From assembly GCF_009914755.1 (NCBI RefSeq), contig NC_060927.1: a DNA stretch of 64,000 nt, one strand, 5' to 3'. Source of the DNA: the human T2T-CHM13v2.0 reference genome, Homo sapiens. Within the stretch, counting starts at the first letter, position 1; every line of letters starts with the position of its first letter. The notes below the pieces were generated by a model that was not told the DNA's origin, ran no database searches, and saw only the letters and a list, made by a program, of their open reading frames with translations. This document shows, piece by piece, positions 41,313 to 53,011 of the stretch. The translations under genes were made by a program, and so were the position numbers.

Positions 41313-43859
41313 ATTGAAGCCCACACCACTCAATTATATCACCCTCTTTCTTTTCTTTTCATATCATTAATATTTTCTAGACTCCTTAAAGCCACCTAAC
41401 ATTGTAGTATCCGGCTCCCTGATTTTCTCCTCCTCTTTTCAGGCATTCCCCTGAGACACATGAGTGACCACGCTGGTGACCTTCTTCCTCACCGTCAAGC
41501 ATTTTCACCTCCAATCCACTTTTTATGATCACCTTTTGCTGTGCTGTTGCCAACAGGGAACCAGTAGTGAGAACTAGAAAGTTGTCCTGCACATGGGACT
41601 GAATTTTTATTGCAAGATGACTGGCTTTTATTTGATAGTTCATGTACGCAAAGTAGATCAAAATCAAATTTGAAAGGCATGAACAATACCTGGTGATAGA
41701 GGATATGATTATACAGCATCCGTCAAAACATGCCAGTAAACTGATTTTTGAAAAATCAAGAGTAAACAATTTCATAGCCTCAAATGTCAGGCTTCAATAA
41801 AAAGAAATATGATTTTGGAATGAAATCTTTTAACAGTCCTGTGGAATGACAGGAATTGATTTTGGCATCTGGATTTGAATTCCCTTGCTGCTTTTAAAAA
41901 CATATTAAAAAGGAGATTAGTACCAAATTTGGTTACATCGATATGATTTTAGAGAGAGCTAGTGTGATTTACATGCTATGTAAAGCCCATTTTTTCCATT
42001 AAGGATGGGGGAATGCGCCATCTCCTCAATGAAGTCACATCTGATCTCAGTTGCCGAGGTACCGTGGGGATACTGCTGTTCATAAAGAAGACTTCAGATG
42101 ATGCTCAGTTTTTCTTGGTGGGTTGTTGCTTCACTGCATTGATTTATCCACTGCAGATGTCAATGGCAGCCCGGCAAGCACCCACCCTGTTGCTTCTGGA
42201 CTGCCACAAAACTGCAAACCACGGTCCTTCGTATTTTACAAGAGGAGAAATAACGTCTTTTAAAATGAGGTTTTTATAAATGACTCGTAAAAATTAAATA
42301 GTGAAGACTTGAGAAAAGATTGAAAAACATATTGGGCTTGATTTTATTTCCCAGCTGCTTTACTGAATTATGGGGGAAGTCGAAAGAGGAAGGAGAGAGA
42401 GAGAGACAGAGAGAGAGATGGAAGAGAAAGAATTGCAATTTTAACCTTCCAAAAAACTTTTGTTCTGCTTCTTCCTCACTATTCACTCTCATTTCCCAGC
42501 ATGAATAATAATACCTCAAACTAAAAGTCAAATTTTGTATTTTATTAAGAATTCATAGCTGCTGGAATGCTTTAACTCTCTAAAAGCCCTTCAATGACTC
42601 AAGTGGAAATGCTTCTAAATGGCTAAAATAAGAGCCAAAGTTGGAGCCACATCTCCCAAATCTCCCTGAAATGGGCTCCTATCCAAATGGACACAGGGGC
42701 AATTTATTCCTTCTTCTTGCTCTCCTTGCAAGAAGCTGCTAAAAGATCAAAAGAAAATAATTATATATTGTCTTCTCAATGAACGGTCATTCTAATCATT
42801 TCAAAATGCTCATAGAAATTTGGAGCAGTGGCTACAATTACAAATCCCCACTGACAATATAGTCATGGAGAAATCATTGGAGTGAACTGCCCCTTCAAGA
42901 GTTTTGATTTTGCGATCAAGTCAAGAGCTGTTCTAGTGAAGCTACAAGCTGTTTGATGGACCAAATTTCACTCCAAAGTGGCAAAGCAACACAATAAGGT
43001 GCCAGGAGGAATACGTGTGGTGGCCTAACATGCAATGCCATTCTATCAAGTTTTGCAACGCCACCAAAATAGGTCCCCTCTGAAAAATCTTCAGGCAGTC
43101 TTTCTCAAACAAGGAAATTATATTATTTTAATGAAACATAATAGTGAACAAAGGAAGTAATCCTCCAACCCTAACAACATTTACTTACTTTCAACCATAC
43201 GTTTAACATTTCTTGAGCACCTGTTGCATGCAAGCGCCATACTAAGCGGTTGGGGATGGGAGGTGGTATAATTAATTAATACAACATGATGTGATGCTCT
43301 CAAAGAAACTCACAATGTGGGGATCTAGCTGTGAGTAAATGATCTCCAGATAGGAACAGAAGGAGTATAGAACATGACTTTATCAAGGGTTCAAACAAGA
43401 AATAAGAGGGAGGAAAGAAAAAGAACAAACATTTCCTTAGTACTTCCTTAATGCCTGGCACTGTGCTAAGTTCTGTGCATTTGTTATTGTGTTGGTCAAA
43501 TGCGTTGCTACTTTTCCTTTATATCCTAGAAGCAGACTATCCTGTTAGATCAGAAGGTGAATCACCTGCTGGCTGGGGTGAACATGTGTAAAACTCACCC
43601 TCCTTGTGGACTGTGAAAAGATTAATTCGCAGACTGGCAAAATATGTTCCAACAATGTATTTTTGTCACCCACTGTAAATCACTAAGCAACAGAGCTGCT
43701 GATGTAAAAGTAGGTGGCATTCCTTTTTCCTTACTTATGACAGGCAGGGACAATTTTCTATTTCTCTTCCAGTTTCTCTCTTGCCACTATTGATTGTGAC
43801 GAGCTGGAAATTCTGTTTCACTGGACACCAAATCTAATGACAGCATTAATAATAGATAA

Positions 43860-44050
43860 AATGTACAGAATATCTTACACTTATTTCATCTTTATCTGTG
43901 AAGCAGGTAAGATTATTACTCTCATTTTACAGATGATGAAACTGAAGGTTTAAAAAATGAACTAACTTGCCCATGATTCTATGCAACTAAAACGTGGCAG
44001 GCCAAGAGTCTAACCCAAGTTGCTGACTCCAGAATCCACCTGCCTAAGCA
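43860..44050 (-). mobile_element. MIR
   Basis: CTCATTTTACAGATGATGAAACTGAAG...AACTTGCCCA core. Confidence 0.75.
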
Positions 44051-47000
44051 GTATAACGTATTTTCTCATGAAACAGCAATAGAAAACTGAGATCCAGGTC
44101 TCAGATTGGTTCACTGTAGTCTGCTCAAATGGAAAGAAACAGCTTCACTGTATTCCATGATTTCCTCCATGAAACAAATAAACAATAAAAATAACCTTGC
44201 ATTTCTTGATGCCTTCTTCATATCTCTAAGTATAGGGCTTGTTTCATTATAAAATATCTTCTTATGAGGAAATGCCTTAGTGTCTAAGTGTCCAATCACA
44301 AATTCAGAATTCAAAAGAAAGAACACGGTCTGTTCTCGGGTCTGTTACTGCACATTCATAATGCCCAGGAGGCTCTCCTGGTGCCCTACACCCTCACCAA
44401 AAAAAAGCGTCCTCCAGTATAGGACTAACATGAAGTCATGGCGCAGAAAACACTTGCCTTGACATCAACACATCAGAAGCCATCGACACCCCCAGATCTT
44501 TTATCTTAAGTTTTCCAACTACTACTCCTCTCTCCAAGACAAATGTATGTACTGCCAAGCATATAGCAAGGTTATGTCTGTACCATTATGCTGTGCTCCC
44601 TTTGGAGATAGGCTTGTTTTGGAAAGAGACCAGTTCTTCTTGTCCTTTCTCCAAAGCACAAAACTGGGTACACTGAGCACAGAGCTGTGCAGTCCTCCTA
44701 CATTGCTCCTGATACCTCCTGGAGATACTATGTCATTATTTTTGATGCCTTGAGGTCCTGAGCTGCAAGGTCTCAGGTCTTGAATTCAGATACTGCCCAC
44801 CTGCCTTAGTCAGAGCCGAAGTGGAAAATTTGAAAATAGAGCCAAGCAATTTAACATTTTGCTTCAATTTCCAAATTATTGAGAAAATAAACTTAATAAT
44901 ACTTACCTACCTCTTGGGATGTTGAGACAATTAATGAAGGTTTTTGCACTTTTCTAAAGTTCCAGCAACCAAAGGAAATTAATGTTTTATATTCCACCTG
45001 CATTGTACAAATTAATGGGCTTCCCTGTTCAGAATAAGCAATGAGGACTTTGTCCTAATTGGGAGAAGTTCAAAATGTTATAATTTTTTTTCTGGGCCCC
45101 TCTTCAGTTAATTTTAATTTTTGTCTTTTGCATGGTCTTGGAGGTTAATTTTCTGAAAGGGCAGCTTTATATATTATTATTTTCCCAAGTAATCTCTCTA
45201 TGTAAGTTATAAAGCCAAAAATTAGTTGATTATAAGCAGCCCAATAATAACCTCTCTAGAGCCGTTGCCTCTTTTGATTAGATATATTGCTCTGTAACAT
45301 GCGTGGCTCTGAGTGTTCAAAATGAATAAAACCCTCAAACATTTTTGGAACAATGTATTCTGTTGACTTTCCATAATGCTAATGTTAATAATAATGGAAT
45401 GAACTAGAATAAACGGCATGATTTAACAGTCCAAATGGTGAAACATAAGACTTTTCTCCTATTATTTTTTATTTTTTAAGTTACCTTTTTAAAGAAAGCC
45501 AGAATAATTGAATGATAAAATACCCTACATGGCAAGACTTTGTTGCCAAGGGCAAATTCTGGTATGTTCAGACAGCTGACAACTTTAATTGTCAAGTTAT
45601 ATTTGTTAGGATTATCTCAAAAAACGTATTTCCTGTTATATTCGGTTTGTGCAAGGTTAGCCTCTGTGGACTGAGTGCCTCCTCCATGCACAAATTTGTT
45701 TTCATGGTGATTAAAATGCAAATCTGATTTACAGACCTCCTTTCTTTACAAGGAGGTGAATATCTCTAATGAACATGTATCCAGAGAAAATATAATGATA
45801 CAAAGAAGAAAAACCTGAAAATGGTATTACATGGGACAGGGTTTCCCAAGGGTGGTGCATGTACCACTGGTAATAAAATTAAATAATTACAGGTGATGCA
45901 TGGGCAAGCTTTTTTACTTTAATGCTTATCTATTTATTTGATTACCTATAGGAGAAAATATATAACTAGTACACTAAACTCCAAACTTTTATGACCCCAA
46001 ATGCTTAGGATACATAACAGGTATGACTAGTAAGATGATTTAGAAAAGACATGAAGAAAGTACTATTTTGGTGGCATGGAGATAAGGCAAGCATCTCGAA
46101 GGTGGCATGAGAATGACTGGAAGTGGATAAACATCAACACAGTGGGAACACAGCAGGGGCGTTGGAGTTAGGCCTGGCCTAAGACCCTGGGTTGGCCACT
46201 AAGAAGCTGTCAGATTCCACATTTGTTAAAATCTCCCAGCAAGGGCCTGCTGGGAGAATTTTTAAGTTCCACTTAAAGCTTTTAGCATGGTGCTGGCTAC
46301 CAAGCAAGCCCTCAAAAAACAATAGCTATAATTATTCATCATAATAAAAGTCTAGTCCTAAGTACCCATCCAGCCACAAAACAAAACAAACTCCTTGGAC
46401 TGGGTGAAAATGGGCACAGAAAAGCACTCTTAGGAACATCGTACAGAACTGGTTACACTTTTAAAGGAAAATTGATAAAGACATGAAAATGAATTGGCTT
46501 TTAACAATACTTTCTACTTTTTTAAGCTAAAAATGATGTGTGTACTCTGGTTATTTATTATGCAACATTAACTTTAAGTTCCTTCCAGGTAAGGACTGTG
46601 TTTTATTAGTATTGGCATCATCTAAAGTTTAAAAATTGAGTCTTCACACAATTGACACTTAATAAAGTAGTATTGAGAGAGCTATCATATCGCTTCTCTA
46701 ATTTTCAAGATTCCTTTATCTACCATGGCTTTGGAAGGCAGGAAATATTTATAAACACGCAGCTTTTGACAGGATGTATTTTGCGTGCTTAGGAAGGAAA
46801 AGTCCCATATTTTATAAAACATTACCAGGAGTTTTCTAATATTCTCAATATTGTTATATTCTCTGTGCTTTGTACATCTACTCTGCTTCTGAAATCACAC
46901 ATACTAAGTCCTAACACATTGGTGGCACACATCTGATTACAGTAGGTCCATTCATGCCTGCTCTACAGGTTCTACCTAAAGCATAATGAAAATATCGTAA

Positions 47001-47328
47001 ATATTTTCCTGTATCTGTACTGGATACAGAGGTGATCACTACATACTTGCTTATTAGTTGGTTTTCACAGCAGTCAGGGATGAATTACTTGGAGAGCAAG
47101 CCCAAATTTCCCCCGAGTGCTAGTTATTATTATTTTTTAATGTTTTAAGATCTTTTTTAGATAAACAAAAGAAATGGCAATGGCAATGGATATTCACCCT
47201 ATCCACCCCTGAATTACACAAAGCCCAGAAGAATTCTGATTAATGGCTTAGGATTGTGGGACCTTAATACATGTCATCAAAACCAGTTTTTAGGTGATGC
47301 TTAAACTGTGAATACCTGTCATACTTAC

Positions 47329-47397
47329 CTGCCCCTAGGATCTTAAGGGTGGATGATTACATTTTTAAACTTCCTAATAGTGCTTTTGAAATACAGC
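47329..47397 (-). other. Candidate 69-nt non-coding exon
   Basis: Acceptor CTTCATTTGCTCATTTTTAG and consensus donor CAG|GTAAGTAT; stops in all three frames. Confidence 0.3.
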
Positions 47398-48134
47398 CTA
47401 AAATGAGCAAATGAAGCACTTCAAAGAGAATTGTTTCTATCCATTGAAGTCTGACATGTAACAGCAGAAATTTGGAGATGATCGAATGCCCACCAACAGA
47501 GAATTGGTGCACTTATTCCCTGGAATGTGTCATATAGATGTGAATAGAATTGCACAAATCTGTGTGTATTCACATGGCAGAGTGTCCATGATATGATTAC
47601 CGATCAAGAAGAAGCAAGTACGAGTGGCACGAAGATTCTGAACACAGCCCCATCATGGGCACATATCCAGTCCATCCACAGAAAAGTCCTAGAGGGGCAC
47701 ATACTAAAACGTGCATAGTGGTAATCTCTGTGGACCGGAGTCTGGGCAAACAAGAGGAAGGGCTTTTAGCTTTTACTGTACACATCCCTGCAGTAAACTT
47801 TCATTATAATAGTAACTTTTAATAAGCATTTTTCACTTTCTAACCTTTTTAAAAACAAGCAAATATATTTTAATAAAGGTAGTCCTAGACTTGCATGACC
47901 TATTATTTAGATTTATTGTCATGCCACCAGAAGTCATTGCCTCTCCAGCCTCCCCATTTATTGATTTTTGTGTGTGTGTGTCTTAAACTTTAGAGATCTA
48001 AAAAGATCTGTCTGCTCTATGGCCATGTTCACTGGGCCCTTTTTCTTCCAACGTGTAATAGAGGATGGTGTAATAGAGCGAGTGCAGGCTTTGATTTGGG
48101 GTCTGAAAGCAAGGGTTGCATCTTAGCTCCATTA

Positions 48135-48560
48135 TTTCCAAGTCCAGACTTTTCGGCTGCAAGGAAAGAGAAACCCACTGAAGCTGCCTAAGGCCCAAGG
48201 AAGGTTAATGTAAAAATATTAATTACACCTGGAAATGAACTGCAGTTGGCGCTTCTGAGAAATGCAGGTAAAAATTGTGAAACAATCAGAGATCTAGCCA
48301 ACTCCTTTCTCTGTTCACCCCTCACCCCTATCTCACGGCATGTTTCTCTCTGTTCTCTACTTTGTTCTCTTTTCTGACAAAGAGCTTCCTCTTCTTTCTC
48401 ATAGTTACAATGCCCAGTTTGCTTCATCTGCACACAACTTTCGTTGGTGAAAAATCTGCAGAGGCCTGGACTCCATGGGACCTGTCAGCTTCTCATAATT
48501 CTTGGGTCTCTTACTGCTATTGAGAGATCACAAGAATTAAATAACACTTTCTTTAAAAGC
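48135..48560 (-). mobile_element. Old MLT1 (K/L/N-like) LTR relic nested in a MIR
   Basis: GGCTGCAAGGAAAGAGAAACCCACTGAAGCTG resembles reversed old MLT1 termini. MIR pieces flank it at ~48060-48130 and ~48590-48750. Confidence 0.5.
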
Positions 48561-50663
48561 CTCTCACATTTTTTGACACAATACACAACAGCTACCCAAC
48601 TTCTTCAAACCTTAGTGTCCTTGATTGAAAAATTAGATACTAATAGTATCAACATCACAAGGATTTCTGTAAAATGTTTAATATCGTGCCTGTTATATCA
48701 TAAGTGCTTAATAAATGTTAGGTGACGTTATTGTTACTGTTATTGTTATTATTAAGCCTATCAGGATTATTATCTTAAAGATTTTTAAGAAAATGAATGA
48801 TGTGCTTAACCCAAGTGGGCAGCTTCATGCATGCCTCAATTTCCATAGAATCTATGAGCAGAGAACAAGAGAAGTGCATGAGTGATGATCTTGACAGATC
48901 TGTAAAACAAATCATGATACATCAACAGTTCCTCATGGCCAGGCAACAATGGGAAAAGACAGAAGCAGTCTTATTCCTGTTTGAGGTAAAGACATGTGGA
49001 GTTAAATGGAGACAGTGATAACATCATTTAAACCAAAGGCTATTTAGATGCCTTCATTAATCACTAGCAGGAGCTCACTCAGCAGGAAAGGGGGAAAAAA
49101 ACCTGTGCTGCTCTTTCTTGGTCCAGTGGAAAAGATTGCATGAAGCACATAAGGGAGAACTTCCTGCCAAATGATTAGACACACAGGGAATTTAATAATG
49201 AACATTTTTCAACCCGTCGGATGACCCATTCCCCTTCTGCAAATGGAGAGGGCCTGGAATCAACTTTGAAGGTGCTCCAACAGACACACAGACATGTTTT
49301 CATCTCATGTTTCATACGACATTAGCAAACAATGTGCTTGGCAATACTCTAAACATAACACACCACCATCTGATTAATGGAACGTGTCAGCTCAGCTATC
49401 AACACTTAACATTTATTATGCTCAATGACACTCTAGTCTTGGCTCTCGAAATAACAGTTGTTTCAGCGGTAAAAAGTCAAGACAAAAGCGTGAAGTGAAG
49501 GCTTTCACATACTTTTCTTCAAATTTTTCAGCAACACAGTTTTTGACAGAGGGCCTTCTGACTGCTCAATTTGACGGCATTCGAACTTATAAAAGCTGAA
49601 GTATAGGGTTTCCCAGGGGATGACATAATGAAATAAATGCACTCATGAATATGTATGGTTGGAGGAGGCCATCTGTTCTCCACCAACCTCTTTTCTTACA
49701 ACTCATAAATGCCCAGCCCCACCCCCACGCCTACCCCACCCTCCAGAAAAAAGCTCCCAAAATGTCTTCGTTTGGAACTTTTAAAAGAAAAGTTTCCTCT
49801 TGGACCAGAAACATAATTGCAATAAAAATGCTTTTATTGTCAGACTAAAAAAAAAATAACTCAAATAATGCTTTTGTAAACATTCCAAACTGTGAAATTC
49901 CAGAATTCAGGGATGAAGTTCTTTACTCTTCACCTAAATTGAAAGCCACCTGAACCTGCTTTCTGAGCTGCAACTATGAGAACAGGTGAAACTTCAATAA
50001 CCACAGAGTAGAAAATAATCTATCACTCAGGAATTCTGAGTTAGCTCTAGTTGTTGTATATTCAAGTTAAAAAAAATTGAGTTTTTTCCTTGACCCCTAT
50101 GGAATCCATTGCTCTTTACTAATTTTGCAAACAGAAGATGAGGCCAATCTTACTGTTCAAAGGTTACTAAAAAGAAATTTTCAAGAGATGAGAAAATATA
50201 GTCAACAAAGAACAGGAGATGAATTTCTTGGAAAAGTTGATTGCAAGATGACTAAATTTTTTGGTCAACTGAATTCTATTTAAAATGCATAAAGAACATT
50301 TGTGCATTATTACAGGATTCTTTTGGTAAGTCTTTTGTAAAGTGGATGCACACAAAAAGAATAATTACTTCTAATTCATTTGCTTTGCAGTTTCAACTTT
50401 GTAAATATCTTGCCTTCTTAAAGTATGGAATATTTCTAGTGAGTTCCTCTGGGCTTCAAGAGAAAAATAATGTAAGCTTAAATTATTCTAACAATGATAT
50501 GGACTTGGAAAATTTTAAAAACATAGTGTTAACAACAGCCCCTGTGCTTTATTAAATTTTCTCATACTAGCCTGCTTGTAGATACGGCCTGTGATAAATT
50601 ATATGTTTTATCAGAAAACTAAAAAACATAGGACAAAAATATTGTTAAATTCGAAAAGGTAGT

Positions 50664-50989
50664 GGCCGGGCGCGGTGGCTCACGCCTGTAGTCCCAGCAC
50701 TTTGGGAGGCCGAGGCGGGCGGATCATGAGGTCAGGAGATCGAGACCATCCTGGCTAACACGGTGAAACCATGTCTCTACTAAAAATACAAAAAATTAGC
50801 CGGGTGTGGTGGCGGGCGCCTGTAGTCCCAGCTACTCAGGAGGCTGAAGCAGGAGAATGGCGTGAACCCGGGAGGCAGAGCTTGCAGTGAGCCGAGATCG
50901 CGCCACTGCAGTCCGGCCTGGGCGAAAGAGTGAGACTCCGTCTCAAAAAAAAAAAAAAAAAAAAAAGCAAAACAAAAAACAAACAAACA
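50664..50989 (+). mobile_element. AluY
   Basis: Full dimer with variant CACTGCAGTCCGGCCTGGGCGAAAG. 17-bp TSD AAATTC(G/T)AAAAGGTAGT at 50647-50663 and 50990-51006. Confidence 0.96.
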
Positions 50990-51816
50990 AAATTCTAAAA
51001 GGTAGTAAAATGGATTGGAAAGAGCATACATGTTCTAGGATGAGAAGGCTTAAATACTTCCCTGTTTAGTTAATGGCAGTGTGGTCTTGGGCAATCCAAC
51101 CACACTTTCTATCACTCCACAGTTTTATCTGTTAAATTGGATATCATGGTGCTATTAGGATGGCCTGAAAAGGTAATAATAAATGTGAAAGCATTCTAAA
51201 ACCAGAAAAGGACTTTATAAAATAAGCCTGAAACACATGTTAAGGTGAATTAATTTATAAATTACATTCACAATAAAAATAAAATGTACTTGCTCCTCAA
51301 TCTTTTCTTACCAACAAGCATCATCATCTATTCTACATGGTCCCTTACACAGACTAAAACAATTTCACTCATCTTCCCTGTCTGTATCCCGCTACAGTTG
51401 CAGGATACTAAACATAACTTGCAACTAATAGAATTGTACCCTACGAATTTGATTCCTAAGAATGTTGCAGAACACCAGCATCCAAAAATGATTCTATCGA
51501 AGGGGAAAAGAGCTCTGGGACCTCCTTACAGAAGTCATTTTACATCTCTGTGTTCAGCTGCCTGTCTGTGAAAACATGTTACTGGATAGCATTGCCTCGA
51601 AGGCCCCTTGAGACTCTGAAGTTCTGTGATGTTCACAGTGCACTGTAGTCAAGCAAGCACTAGGCTAGTAACCACCAACTGGCTATGTGGTTTTGGATGA
51701 GACAAGTTACAAAACCTCTCTGGGCATTAGTTCCTTCAGCTGCAAACTGAGGGGGTTGGGCTATATATCCTCTGAGGTCCCTTCTACCTCTGACACCATA
51801 TGAGGCTCTAACATTG

Positions 51817-52178
51817 TGTTAAAATAATTAGTTGGGAGGTCATTAGAGTGAGGTGGCTCCAGCACTCTGGGTTCCTGCATAAGCAAACCAAAACCCAATT
51901 CAGCATAAAATACAAAATGAAACTTAAGCTTAGCCGATCAGAAACCACCAACTAACCTCTAATGAGGGACTTTACACTAGAACGATCCAAATAAAGCTAC
52001 TGCTCCACTTTACCCAACCAAATAATTTCTTTGCCTTGCTCCTGTAGTCACCCTGTAAAAAATCCTTCCTTTCATTCCCTTCATCAGAGCCCCAAACTGG
52101 TCACAGTCTGGAGCTACCTAGTTCATGAATTGCTACCTGCTCAAACTCTTGAAAATTCTAAAGCATTTATCTCTTACA
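51817..52178 (+). mobile_element. Solo ERV1-class LTR (MER93-like)
   Basis: TG...CA termini, 362 bp, starts TGTTAAAATAATTAGTTGGGAGGTCATTAG...GGCTCCAGCA. Confidence 0.7.
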
Positions 52179-53011
52179 TATAATTGAAGTGAAGGACAAA
52201 TGGCCTGGTGCCATGTAAATTGCTTCCAGAGGCTGGGAACCATGTAGGCAGGGCCCCTGCCATTAAAAATAAAAAGTCTCATCTTTTTTTGGCATTTGGG
52301 CAGAATGTGTGATTTTTGTAAGCAATATCATTCTTTTCAGACAAATTAGGGGTCCAGAAAAAAATGTGTCACAGGCTAGATTTTTTTAAAAGTATAGTGT
52401 CATATTTTCATTTTAAAAAGTCAGTTAGAGAAACGCTACATGCTGAGAATGTATGTCAACTAGGCCTATAAAGGTTTTTACAAGTGGAACATCATAAGTA
52501 TATTTTCCAAACACTTCAAAGTTGTAAATGTTCCAGCTTTTACTCAAAGAAGATGGTGGTGAAGCTCCAATTTGACAGAAATACAAAATTTCGATGGTTT
52601 CATGATTTGTTTCAATTGTGAAAATCTTTCTAAATTGTATTAGACCAGCATCTAGAATGTACATTTTAGCATTTTGCCCAGTCCTATACAAAACAAATTT
52701 AACACAAGGTTTCATGACAAAGAGACAAATGACCACTCCAAAAAGAGATGGTTTAGCCATCAAGGGACTTTGACAAGCTCAAGAGCCAACCCAAGGATCT
52801 CTACTGCATGTTAATCCTGATTCCATTGCACAGAGAATTTGTAGAAGATGCAAATGTTGGATAAACTCAGCAGTAATCTTTTAAGACTGGCTAATCCTTA
52901 TTAATTTGGAATACACTTCTTGAATGATCGGAAGCCTGAGTAACGTAAATCTTAGTCAAGGAAATGCTCTTAATGAGTGAATGCAGAATATTAATTCAAA
53001 ATTATCATTGA

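Noticed and set aside
41386-41775. 129-aa minus-strand ORF
   Set aside because: No recognisable homology and no supporting splice or promoter structure.
47321-47331. U1 snRNA gene or pseudogene (ATACTTACCTG)
   Set aside because: The match stops after 11 nt; it is better read as a minus-strand splice donor.
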